DNA of 64,000 bases from Takakia lepidozioides (taxonomy: Eukaryota > Plantae > Bryophyta). Positions within the stretch are counted from its first letter, which is position 1, and each line of letters opens with the position of its first letter. The translations under genes were made by a program, and so were the position numbers. The DNA lies in contig CM060734.1 of NCBI GenBank assembly GCA_030704615.1, positions 34,720,001 through 34,784,000 of the forward strand. The letters are read 5' to 3'. This document shows positions 40,301 through 52,442 of the stretch, piece by piece. The notes beneath the pieces are model-generated. The model had not been told where the DNA came from. It searched no databases and saw only the letters and a list, made by a program, of their open reading frames with translations.

Positions 40301-40525
40301 AAGACTCATGTCACGGGGAGGTAAATATCTGGCTTGACTCAACAGTCTTTTTTCAAGTTTTGAAGACAATCCGGGGGCAGTGTTGGCTTCAATTGTCTGC
40401 TGCAATGCATCAAATAACTCAAATTTTCGGTTGTTGGCCTACTGTGTATGTTCTCTTGTTGTTCTACGTTGTTGGCTTACTGTGGACGTAATGAAGTCTC
40501 TCTCTCTATCTCATAATACCACAAA

Positions 40526-40775
40526 ATGTACTCACAAGACGTTGTTTGCTGTAGTCTTGCGGCATAGACCCCTCGTCCAGTTAGGGCGGATGAAGAGGGA
40601 ACAAACACTACCTTGATATAAACAACTGGTTGGGGCTTTACAGATTTCGTCCAGAAAGCCCTTCACACAAGCATCAATCTGCTGTGTGTGAGCTGCCCAG
40701 CAATTAGATCCCAACAGTGCCAGGGCTTTAGGCTCAGCCTCGAGATTATGAAAGTTGGCAAAACAGAGGTGCAGG
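40526..40775 (-). mobile_element. LINE family A 3' fragment (antisense, MSH2 intron 1)
   Basis: Reverse complement of family A (QQIDACVKGFLDEI). Confidence 0.82.
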
Positions 40776-43700
40776 GACTCTGAGGGTCGCTCTCGCCGAG
40801 ATTACCCGGAAATTGTATCGAAAATGGTATTGTCTTCAGGCTGTCTGCACATGGGCATTGACAATCTCCCTTTCATCTCTGCCTTTGTTTATTGTTCAAA
40901 GTTAGTTTCCTGCCCCCTGGGAAAAACCTCACAAACTGGGAAAAAGTCCAGGGAAGTTTTATGCCTAACTTCGGTATGTTTGGACATTCCTTGTGCTTCC
41001 GACGCCGCCTTAGACACTTTAGCCTCAAAGTCAGCTTCATCTAGCAAAGTGAATTCTTTCTTCCTGCCAAATATTCAGGTGCTTGGAAATCTCCTCTACC
41101 CTTCTTCGCCAGGACTTAGCCTGTTTAACAGGATGGTCTTGTTTCCAAGAAATAGAGTTGATCATCTTTAGGGTATCTCTTATAATACAGAGAGCAGGAG
41201 AAAAAGGAACGATGCTGTGTCTGTACACCTTGCACCTTGCAAACTGGGACAAATCCTATCTGTTTTAATTCTGCGTATCCCTAAAGCCTGGCAAGCTGTG
41301 TAGAGAGCGTTGTGAAATTGTGCCGTTATAGTGCTGGAGAAATTGTGCCAATGGCGGTGAGTTGCCCCCAAACATCGATGGGGTAACCTCTGGCTGTGTC
41401 ATTTGAAAACCCTAGACTCTATGTGCGATGCTCATTTCTCTTTTTGCAGCTCCTGGCATGCTTTGTTTGCACTGAACAATGTGAGTGGGAGTGCAGATGC
41501 AAAACAGGCGCAGGGCTTCATTGCCTTCTTTCGCAATCTTCCCGAGGTGCGGCTCCTCTGGTTCCTACTGAAGTGGCAAACTTCAACACCTTGTTAGCTC
41601 TAGCCAGAGGTAGAATTTATCGAAGTATGCTACCGCTGGCAAGAAAGGGATATTTCTGACTGAAAAAACCCTGTCTCTTTAGTTGTCACAAGTGCAATAC
41701 TTTTGCAGTAAACCTTTCATAGTAATATTGTAGGCACTTCTTTCAGTAACTTTCTCTCCACCAGTCCCATTTTGGTGCCTTCCCTTGAGATCTTATTGGT
41801 GGGAGTCTGAAGCTAGTGTCAATCTTAGATTGGAGTCAGATGGTTGAAGAAATGTGATGTCCAATGGCTGTCCAATTAAAGGATTGGATAAGAGAGAGAG
41901 AATGTACTTATAAGACGACTTCTGCCATAGCCTTGTGGTCAGAGACCCCACACCCAATCTGGGTGGAATAATAGGGAGCAACGCTACCTCTGAAAAGCTC
42001 AATTCAGCCTTCCTTGACAGAAACAATTAGAGAGAGATGTGTGTCTGTGTGTGAGAGAGAGAGCTAGGCAAGCAGGTTTACATTCTTGGCAACACCTTGA
42101 ATGAGTTATGGGGCATGGCTGGACATTGCAGGAGGAGCAGGTTGTACGCTTCTTTGATCGCAAGGTGAGTTCTGCAATGTCACATTTGTATTCTGATTTT
42201 CTCCAAGTGTGGGGTCCTTGGGCTGTGCTATGGCCAGATCAATGTCATTGAAGCTTGGATTGGGGAACTTTGTTTGATGTTCTTCCATGTGTCGGCTTCT
42301 AGGTGGGCGTCATGCCTCTGTTTGATAGTGTTCTGATTTACAAATACTCTCTTTTACAAAGTAGTCTGATATCAATGCCACCAATCTGGAACAGGATTAC
42401 TACACAGCCCATGGAAGCAATGCGACCTTCATCGCAAGGACATATTACAAGACCCTGACAGCGCTGCGCCAGCTAGGTAGCGGGTCAAACAGCCTGTCAG
42501 GTGTACGCATCAATAGGAGCATGTTTGAGAACATAGTGCGGGACTTGCTGTTGGTGAGGACAGATTGCACTATTGAACTGTACGAAGGAAGTGAGTCAAA
42601 GTGGCAGCTAGTGAAGACTGGCACACCGGGGAAGCTGGGTAACTTTGAGGATGTTCTATTTGCAAGCAATGAGATGCAGGTGTGAGCACTGAACCTCGTT
42701 GATTGTCCTGTCAATAATATTAGCAGGAATTACCATCTTAACAAGTGATTACAGATACTGATTGATGGAGGTTCCCTACATGTACAGGACTCTTGTGCAT
42801 GTTGCATACGCTAAGCCCTGGTTCACAGTCATTTCCACTGCTCACAGAAGATTGCTGCACTTTGTACGGTTTGGGTTGCAGGACACTCCTGTGGTGATGG
42901 CTGTGCATGCGACTGTCCGTGAGAACGAACAATCTGTCGGAATAGCGTTTGTTGATCTGACAAAGAGATTGTTAGGAATGACAGTTCTTAGATGATGACC
43001 AGTACACCAGCTTAGAGTCAGCTATGGTAGCCCTTGGATGTTGAGAGTGCGTAATTCCCCAGGAAAGTGGAAAGTCTCCGGATGGGCGCAAGCTTCGCGA
43101 TGTTATGGCACGCTGCGACGTGCTGGTGACAGAGAAGAAGAAAAGTGACTTCAGGTACTTGCTTCTTAGTGAGTCTTTCATTGCAGGGGGCTTGAATGTT
43201 TTCAAACATGTGCTAACAGAATCCTTGAACTAGCTAACATTGAACTTAAACACTTGCAAAGATTTCTTCTCAATGCCGTGTTCCAGCTGCTGCTTTGAAA
43301 AGCCCTCATCAATCATGGGCTAAAACACCTGTAGGGGGCTTCAATGGAATTCTATTTAAGTAAGCTATGGCTGCAAACATTGTCTGCAACTGTATGCAGC
43401 AATGTTTGTCTATCTCACAAGTTTCATCAAACTGTTCAAATGTCGCTCTGCACATTTGAGATGCATATGGTGCTTGCGGTTCGTAGTTTTGTCTAGCAGT
43501 CCCCTCTGTTTTCTGTACTTCTGCCTTTTCTCCACAGGAATGACAATCGAGAAGATGTTCAGTCAGGACCAAACTTCAAGGCAACACTCATATCAGTAGG
43601 TTTGGAAGTGCAGCTTACTTCTCTATCTAGCATCAAAGTACTTGGTTTGAAGATAGAAATCAGGCATGCTTCACTGTTCATAACCAATCAAGTGCTATAC

Positions 43701-46700
43701 CCTCACAAGTGTAATCTAGACAGAACCTTCCGCATTCTTAAACCCCACAGTATTTGTTTTGTCAACAGGCAAGTGTGCGGCTACCGATCATCAAGACCTG
43801 TCTTTCTCATTATGATGGCCGATTCACTGAGCTTTTGGATAAGAAGTACGGCAATCTTTTGGCAGAATGGACAGCCAGATCATTTGGGTAAATTTGAAGG
43901 CTTGGTTGAAGCAGCTGTTGACCTTGACCAGCTACAGAATGGAGAGTACATAATTGCAGCTGATTATGATAATGGCCTAAAGGAGATAAAGAAGGAGAGA
44001 GATTCTGTAGATAAACAGATACAAAAAGTACATCAGCTGGCCGCAGATGATTTGGGCTGCCTGGTGACAAGGCTGTCAAGCTAGACACTCTGGATCTTGC
44101 CACTCTGGGGTTGCACTCTGGGGCCTGCTCTCATGGCGTTGCCAAAAGTGATGTTGGTACTTGTTGTGAATCCTCTACTAAACTCTGATCCAGCAGTGTG
44201 TAAAGTTTATATCATCCAAATATCGACAGATGATCGTTGTCTTTCTTCAGGTGGGTAATGATGTTAGGCGCTGCAGGTTCCATTAGGATCTAAGGCAATC
44301 TCAAGAATCAGGAAACCCGTCACTGAGTATTTTTGAAATTTTTCTTCAAATAATTATAATTTCAGTTGTCCCATTTTGGTTAATTATTTGGATTATTTTG
44401 ACGTTATCATTTCCTGGCCGGCAGGTCTTTGCAGAGGTTGCAAGTCTATTAGCAGATATGGATGTGCTGCTGAGCTTTGCTGATCTTTCTGTCACTAGTC
44501 CAACACCATATGTGAGGCCCGCAATAACATGCGGGGTAAGCTTCCACCTCCCTTTTTCATGTTAGTGTGAGGTTCTGCTCTTCTGCTTAGAACTGCTGCC
44601 CAGATACCTATATGTAGGCAGGCTTTAGTATATTCCCCTTCATTGTTCTATAAACAGGTTGACTTTCGCTTCTTAGATCAAATATATTTGCTCCAAGTTC
44701 AAAGCATTTGACTCCTCTAACCTAGAAGCCAAGTTCAAAGGGTCGTGAATAGCTTTGGAATGATGCAGGACCAAGGAGACATCATTTTGGAAGGGAGCCG
44801 GCACCCATGTGTTGAGGCACAGGAGGATGTTAACTTCATCCCTAATGATTGCCATTTGGTATGTTGCAGGTTTAGAGATGGTTCGTCTAATATAGAGGGC
44901 CCTGTCTTGTGGTTATCATATATACTTTTTGGAGATAGTTAATCCTCCTGTTGGATTACATGCTGTTGGGGACATAAACTGGCCTTTCTGGAAGTGAGAA
45001 GAATGAATTGAAATGGATGGAGGGTTTAATGGTAGGTGGGTGGCTCCTAGACTTGACAAAGGTTGGCCTCACTTTCCTCCATTTCAGACTCCAGACACCT
45101 GCGTGTCTCCACCTTTCGTTCAGACTACTGACTGGGGAGATAGTGTATTATGGACTACGTAACAATTCGAATCTGTTCAACAACATGCCACTTGAAGACA
45201 TTGGCCATTGAACATAGAAGGGCAATCCCATGATGTTCAATGCCATAACTGTGAACTGCTCGTGTCAGGTGCGAGGCAAGAGCTGGTTCCAGATTATAAC
45301 GGGTCCAAACATGGGTGGAAAATCGACATTCATTCGACAGGTTTTACCCCTTTGTACCTCTCTTTGGAATACTGAAGAGAAATGTTCTTTAAAGCACAGG
45401 CTGGTCCATACTAAGTGTTGGAAGTGGTGAGGAGGATCTTGCATTCTCCTAGGTCTCAACAGGCATCTTCAATTGTATGTTTGGATCTGACAAGATGAAC
45501 TGAATCTGTACCTTTGAATGTTCATCCAATGCCAGAAGCCCAAGGAATTTCATTCTACTTCCAGAGAAATGTTATTCTTAATAACACGACATTGTTTATG
45601 GTCAGTACATAAGTCCTTTAGATGTCCGGGAGAATCTCACTTCAGAGGGATGGACAGGTAGGTGTGAATGTGTTGATGGCACAAGTTGGTGCTTTGTGCC
45701 ATGCGACCGTGCACAGATCAGTGTGCGTGACTGTATCTTTGCTCGAGTTGGAGCTGGAGACTGCCAGGTGCTTTGTTGTCAACTAAGTGTACTTTGCTTT
45801 CACAAAGAACTTGTCATGAATGTTGCGAGCATCATAGAGAGCTTTGAAGTGGCGAATGATCTCTTCATAATCAATTACGCCATACTCAAGAGGATGCCCA
45901 TGTTATGGATATGAACGCTATTTTATATATCATTCTTCCTGGTGAACTTCAGTTCTCATATTGCTCAAGGATGTGTCCACATATGGTGTGTAGCTGCGGG
46001 GAGTCTGAACATTCATGGCAGAGATGTTGGAGACAGCTGCCATCTTGAAGTCTGCTACAGAGCTCTCCTTGATCATCATAGATGAACTTGGGCGGGGAAC
46101 TTCAACTTATGATGGATTTGGTAAGAACCTTGTCTCGATTGTCCATCCAAATTTTAAGTGTCAATGTCCAATAGAGAGAGGTGCAGATTTTTTGGAATCT
46201 TATCTTCATAAGGTGTTTGCGGGGGTGTTATTGTCCTGACTACATCCTCTCTATCAACCTGTATTATGAGTACAGGGTTGGCATGGGCCATTTATGAGTA
46301 CCTAGTGCAGGTAACAAGGGCGCCTACACTATTTGCCACCCACTTTCACGAGCTGACTGCTCTGGCACACTCAACGGACCAGTCTGTGTATGGCCCCCCA
46401 AGCGGACCCCTGGTGGGAATTGCTAACTATCATGTCAGTGCTCGCATTGACACCAAATCAAGAAAGCTGGCTATGCTTTACAAGGTGAATTCCTCCTGCA
46501 TCTTCTCATCGTTATTATGAAGCTGGACAGCTTAAAAAATTGTAGTGTGGTTACACAGTTCTCTTTTTCTAGTTTTGAAAGCCCCATTTGTTGTCTTGCC
46601 GCCTCTCCCACCTGAGAAGGATGTAACAGACTGTGATCCACTTTCCTCTTGCTTCCCTGACTGTAAAGTATGAAATATCTTTCCCCTCTGCATAGGAAGA

Positions 46701-47150
46701 GTAGCGCCAAGGTAAGTGAAGGTACAAGTTCAACAAGTCAGAATTCGTGATGTTTCATGACCGTCGGGGGAAGTGTATATGTTGAGCAAAATAAAGATGA
46801 ACATGGAGACCAAGCCCATGACTGCAGGATTTATTAAATACGTCTTGTCCTGCAAGAAGAGCATTGAGGAGAAGGAAATTGCAATCAGAAACCTCATGGA
46901 GTTTTAAGTCCCATTATCAGTTTCTGGGGGGCAAACGAACATATTGCAATATTTTTGCTTTGTGGGTGGAAGAGGAAGAAGAGGATCAGAGGGCACAGGG
47001 AAATCGCGATCAAAAATTGATCAAGGATGCGATCAAGCTGAGAGTGATTAGTCCAGGCTTCAGCTCTGCCCTTCTGTGGTGCCACTGATTTTTAGCCTTG
47101 GCCTGTCCCCGCTGACTTCTTTTGGTGGTCTAGGAGGGAACGGGAGGAGA

Positions 47151-47337
47151 ATGTACTCATAAGACGTTTTGCCGTAGCCTTGTGGCCACAGACATTTGCC
47201 CAGTTTAGGCGGAACAAAAGGGAACAGACACTAGTTTTGTGAGGGACTCACTCCAGTAGTTGGATATAATCAATTTGTTTTGGCTTTCCAGATTTCCTCT
47301 AGAAAGGTCTACACATAAGCATCACTATGCTGTGTGT
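47151..47337 (-). mobile_element. LINE family A 3' fragment (antisense, MSH2 intron)
   Basis: Begins atgtactcataagacg, the reverse complement of the family A 3' end. Confidence 0.78.
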
Positions 47338-48656
47338 AGAACAGGAGAGAGAGATCAGAAATGAAATGAAGTGGGGCACTTTATAAAAAGAGAGAAGAAA
47401 GGAAGTGGGGTGCAAACCCCACCAGACATGATGGACTTGTCAATCTCTGTCATGCATTGTCTTGCCAGATGAATGATGCCAGAGGATGTTGAATGGATGT
47501 AGTGTCGGCCAATTGTGCCATGCTTTTTGCTACTCTGCAGTCTGCAGATCACTCTGCACCTCCTGCAGTACAACAGTGAGTTTTTTGTAATGCAATGAAA
47601 TGGACAGGTGGAAGAGGGTCCATGCGACCAAAGCTTTGGCATTCATGTGGCTGAGTTTGCACATTTTCCGGAAAGTGTGGTAGCTCTAGCTAGAGAAAAA
47701 GCTGCAGAGTTAGAGGATTTCTCTCCTGCAGGCCTTGATTCAGGAGCGGACGACATCAAGGAGGAGGTAACTTTACGCCTTGGCCTTTGGTCCCAACATA
47801 GCATGCAGCTGCTTTTGTAGGAACTCGCAACTTTGCATGGAATCAAGTTAAAAGTGGTTGTACATCTGTAGTCTTTCAGAAATAAACTAGCAAATCTTGT
47901 TGAGCAGTACTGTTTTAACTTGCATTTGTACATATTACCATCATTCAGATGTGCCTTTCAAAGTTGTGTGGACATGAGAATGTGTTGGGCCACTCTCTTG
48001 TAGCGAACAGCTTAATTCGATAGGAACGTAGCCATTTTCAAGAACCAAGGGCTTACACACATTTTATGTGGCCAACAGGTGGGAGTGAAGCGAAGGAGAG
48101 TCAGTCCAGTGCATGGGGCTGCACGTGCTCGCCAGTTTCTGCAGGACTTCGTAGCATTGCCATTGGATACTATGAACGCAAAGGAAGCCATTGCACAATT
48201 CAAAGAATTGAAGAGTGCTCTGGACAGAGATGCAAGCAGCAACCCCTGGTTGCAACAGCTTTTGTGAAGGTTAACTTTACACCAGTTTGCTGCTAATGCC
48301 TCTTCTTGCCTGGTAGCTCTTTCTCTCTCTCCGGGTGGCAAAGGAGGAGCACATTGATGTAAACCTACGAAGCTGGTATAATTTCCCTTGCCAGAGAATA
48401 TTTGATGCCCAGAAGCAGAGAGGGCACTTTTCTGCCCATTACTGGCAGACCACCACTAGACATCAAGGTCCAGTACAGGATTGCATCGTCAGGATGTCAT
48501 AAGCCTAATGCCCTCTAGTAGTGATTATGCTTAGCCTTTTAGAAGTAACCCAGATGCACAGGAAACGATAAAGGACAGTAATTGTGACCCTGCAGCGGCA
48601 TATGTGGTCGCATTGGACTGACGGGGTGAGTGGCCTTGTGTAGTTGTCGTGGTGGG

Positions 48657-48975
48657 CAATGCATGTGCAAGCCTGGTAGCCCTGGAAAAGTGCAAAGAGG
48701 TTCATGGTGACAACTTCAAATCTGGAATTGTACCCGATGTCATTCTGAACACTACCCTGGTGGACATGTATGTCAAATGTGGGTGCATCGAGGATGCAAA
48801 GGGAGTGTTCGACAGTATGGCTGAACGAGATGTGGTGTCGTGGAGTGCGATGATTGCAGGATATGCACAGCACGGGTGCAGGATGGAGGCTTTGGAGACC
48901 TTGAGCAAATGATGTGCGAAGGGGCGAGCAGGGCGAGTGGATGACGCAGAGGACTTCATTAACAAAATACCAATC
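48657..48975 (+). pseudogene. PPR fragment derived from the neighbouring PPR-DYW repeat type
   Basis: NACASLVALEKCKEVHG...VDMYVKCGCIEDAKGVFD...VVSWSAMIAGYAQHG, closely similar to the 54-56 kb units, frameshifted and then joined to an S2-type GRVDDAEDFINKIPI piece. Confidence 0.85.
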
Positions 48976-48979
48976 AGTC

Positions 48980-49515
48980 CGAAGAATTTTGTTTCAAGCT
49001 GGCCCCTTTTGGCTTCGGGGCATCCCATGGGGCGAATCTCCCCCGCGGTCGCCTTCTCATTCAGTACCTTAGATGTGATGCCCTGGCTGATGGATTGGGT
49101 GCAAAGTCCAACATGAATGTTGGTGCTATTTTCCATGCAGTACTTGGTGGAGAGAGTCCCAACCTTGCATTTCGAAGGTCTGACTTGAATGGGCACACTC
49201 TTGCAGTGGAAGGCTCCTGGAGAAATGAGTCTGGGGTATGCATGGTGGCATGCCATGCGGTGCAAAGAACAGCGATGTGAGTGGTGATTGTGATATCAAA
49301 ATCTGCCTCCACATTCAAGCGGCTTTCTCTCTCAAGCAGAGCAGCATTGTGGAAGGCACCATTTCCAGCATCTGGCCTCCCAACCGCTCTAGTTCATGCA
49401 ACCCTCTCTCCTTCCACATGTCTCTCCACAACCAGGATGTTCCAGCCAGTGTTCAAAAGCAGCTTCAGTACAAGTACGACAATTTCAAGGGGGCAGGTGC
49501 AGTGATGGAAAGGTA
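48980..49515 (+). pseudogene. DUF2921-like gene fragment
   Basis: Pieces EEFCFKLAPF, TLAVEGSWRNESG.CMVAC, CDIKICLHIQAAFSLKQSSIVEGTISSI, PLSF and YKYDNFKGAGAVMER recall plant DUF2921 proteins (recognised from memory, not searched). Frameshifted. Confidence 0.55.
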
Positions 49516-49539
49516 TGGACCTAACCTCGTTCGGTCCAG

Positions 49540-50530
49540 AATCCGGGCCAGTGTGTTTCGTTACCCTGCTCTCCATGGACTTGATGAAAGGCTTGGCAGA
49601 GGGAAAGCAACTGCACGCCCACATCATTAGAAGTGGATTCAAGCCGAACATGTGTTTGCTCCATAACATTCTCAACATCTATGTCAAGGGCGGTAGTGTG
49701 GTGAATGCACGCCTGGTGTGTTTCACAAGATGCCTGGATGACATGTGTTCATGTGGAATATATTGTGACAGGATATGCCAAGCATGGGTCTAAGAAGGAG
49801 GCCTTTGAGATCTATAAGCAAATGAGAGCGGCAGGTGTGACGCCAGACACTGTCACGCTCATTTGCATTCTTAAGGTGTGTTGCATCCTGGGAGGCCTAC
49901 AAAGGCAAAGAGGTCCACGATGGGATCATCAAAGTTGGCACTAGACCAGATGTGATCTCCAGACCTGCCCTTTCTACCATGTATACCAAATGTGGGAACA
50001 TGGAAGATGCGGGGTGAAGTGTTTGATAATATGCCTCAAAAAGATGCGGCCTTATGAAGTGCGATGATTGCAGGATATGCTCAGTATTGGCCCAGTATGG
50101 AGCTTCAAACTTATCAGCAAATGATACGAGAAGGGGTGATGCCCAGCAAGGTCACTCTCATGTGCGTTCTCAGTGCATGTGCCAGCATGTGCAAACAGGT
50201 CCATGTTGAGATTATCAAAGCTGGAATTGCGCCAGATGTGAATTTGGAGAATACCCTTCCCTACATGTATGGCAAATGCGGGAGCATGAAAGATGCACAT
50301 CAAGTGTTCGCCACCATGTCTGCACGAAATGTTGTCTCGTGGAACGTGATGATGGCAGGATATTGACGACATGGGTGTGGAAGGGATGCTTTAGAAATGT
50401 ATGAGGAAATGAGACAGGAAGAGTGATACCTGACAAGGTCACTTCACTTGTACTCTGCATGCATGTGCAAGCCTAGGAACCCTGAATAAAGGCAAAGGGA
50501 TGCACGCTGACATCATCAGATCTGGAATTG
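49540..50530 (+). pseudogene. Decayed PLS-class PPR gene
   Basis: GKQLHAHIIRSGFKPN, GYAKHG...EIYKQM...GVTPD and MYGKCGSMKDAHQVF...NVVSWN fragments separated by stops and frameshifts. Confidence 0.85.
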
Positions 50531-51921
50531 ATCATGTCAGTGATTGGATCATGTAGAAGGTGTGTACAGATACTCATGTACGCTGCTCTAACAGGGCTGA
50601 GCTCAAGATATCAACATCTAGATTGCAATCAGATGCTGTGCTTAGAGGTATTTCTTCGCGCCCTACCACCAAAAACCCTTGCTGGAAAGAAACACACCTT
50701 ATGGGTCCCTTTTTTGTGCTTCAGATTACTGTCATGGTGCTGAAAAGATACTTTCCACAGCACTTGCCCCAGTTTTAATTCCTGATTTGTGTCTCACCAT
50801 TCCACATAAACCAGGTGGCATACCGTTGTCACCCCTGCTTTCTTCAATGTTCACCAGGCATTCCAGCAGATTTCAAATCATACTTCATACACGAAATCCA
50901 TTATCCATATTGCATACCGAAATGACTTTCTGCACGACGGCACCATTCCAACCTGGTTCTGAGCCAAATGTAAAGGTCTTTCAGATCTCATTCACGGAGT
51001 CTCAAGAATTTTCAGGTACATCATGATCGGACTATCTGCCAGAAACTATGTTTAGATTACTTGGCTGAGTACCCAACTGTTTGCTACCTTGATACAAATG
51101 TTTTACAGGCGTCTTACATGCAATTGCAAAATACTGAAGTACAGTTGGACTAAGGCATTTCTCGGTCACCCATACTGTACACATAACAGATTGGCAGGTG
51201 TCCATACAGGCCTGCTACTGCCTTTCATACATGCCTTTTCAATCTCGAGAGGTCTGGTTCTAGTCCATGATCATGGCAGCAACAAAAACATGTATAACTT
51301 AGGGAGTTTGTCTTGTTTCATCTTCCTTGTAGAATATACAGAAGAAAATGCCCGGGTGACACATACCTATCTACTTCCAATGCATCTTTTAATCAGAAGA
51401 ATTCCAGATCGAACCCATTTTCCTATGGTGTTAGTGAGATAGTTTTGATTGGTTCTTACAGGTGCCAACTGGAGGTCCTTAAGCCCCAGGCTGTAATGCC
51501 CAGGGGCTGCCAAGTACTCGCCCATTTGGAATTGGGAGTTCTATGGGGCACTCCTCAGTTGCAGACGATCTGCCAGGGGGGACAAATCTTCGAACAAACT
51601 ATGTAAAACATTGAAAACAAATAACAAAGTGATCATTTTTTTATCCAGACAGTAAAACTAAATGCTGAGAAACTAAAAGATGAGCAACGGAAAAGATATG
51701 ATCCGATCAAGATGAAACAAATGCTAAACGAAGGGTAAAATAGAGAAAAGGGGGTTCAACATCCCCTCACTTCTTGGGCATAGATAGAGGTAGCTGCATC
51801 AAACAATGAATAGTATATGTTTCCAATCAAAAGAATCGTTGTTCTTAGAATTCGTCGCTAGTAGTGCGGAGCAACGCGATGCCCTAGTGTATTCCCTCGC
51901 TTTTATTGGTAAAATTACACA

Positions 51922-52168
51922 TCGGCTGGTAGCTCAGCTGGTAAGTGCACAATGTGTCGGAGTTCAAACCCGCTGCCCTGCCCTGTGTGTGGATTGTTCG
52001 TGGCGTTTCTGTCTGGACGTTATAGTCCTGTGTGCCTAATGGCTTATCTGAAAGGGGGTTAATTTTTCCCCCCTCCTCAAGGGCCTAAATTGTAGGGCTG
52101 TCGCTCCCAGGTTTCCTTTTAAAAAAAAAAAACAAGGGCCTCTGTCCCCTGTTTAAAAAAAAAAAAAA
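51922..52168 (+). mobile_element. tRNA-derived SINE-like element
   Basis: Pol III A box TAGCTCAGCTGG (51930-51941), B box-like GGAGTTCAAACC (51959-51970), short body, two poly(A) runs at ~52121-52132 and ~52155-52168. No TSD identified. Confidence 0.65.
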
Positions 52169-52442
52169 CTTAAATGCCAAGACCCAAGGTAAAAGACTCT
52201 GGCTGATCAGCGCCTACCTCCCTGGTGGTCTTCAGAGACCACTCTACAATCTCCAGACTGCAAACGTAAGCTGGGTTAGCATCTGTGTAAGTCTGGAAAT
52301 GTTCGTTGTTCCTCGTCGTGTAGAGCCCAATGGAGCCCAAAACAACTGGCATGAAGGTTGTTGAAAGCTCACTAGCACCCCTCAATAAAGGACCTTGGCA
52401 AAATGTTGATGCTGTCGGATTTTCGAGCACAACCCTCTACCT

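Larger units (their letters stand above)
40122..48267 (+). pseudogene. MSH2: Unprocessed MSH2 (MutS homolog 2) pseudogene; exons incl. 40122-40188, 41497-41546, 42395-42679, 42882-43155, ~43770-44085, 44425-44535, 44770-44857, 45269-45340, 45658-45767, 45994-46121, 46275-46484, 47608-47766, 48079-48267
   Basis: [97 protein letters not shown]. Lesions: TGA at 43042 and 46006, frameshifts at ~42983, ~44058 and ~45691, and large missing core segments. Confidence 0.95.

Noticed and set aside
43042-46008. MSH2 in-frame TGA codons as readthrough or U-to-C editing sites
   Set aside because: Frameshifts and exon losses accompany them, TCA to TGA at 46006 cannot be restored by U-to-C editing, and such editing is organellar.
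51922-51980. Possible tRNA gene
   Set aside because: A and B boxes are too close, there is no complete cloverleaf, and a body plus poly(A) follows, which fits a SINE better.
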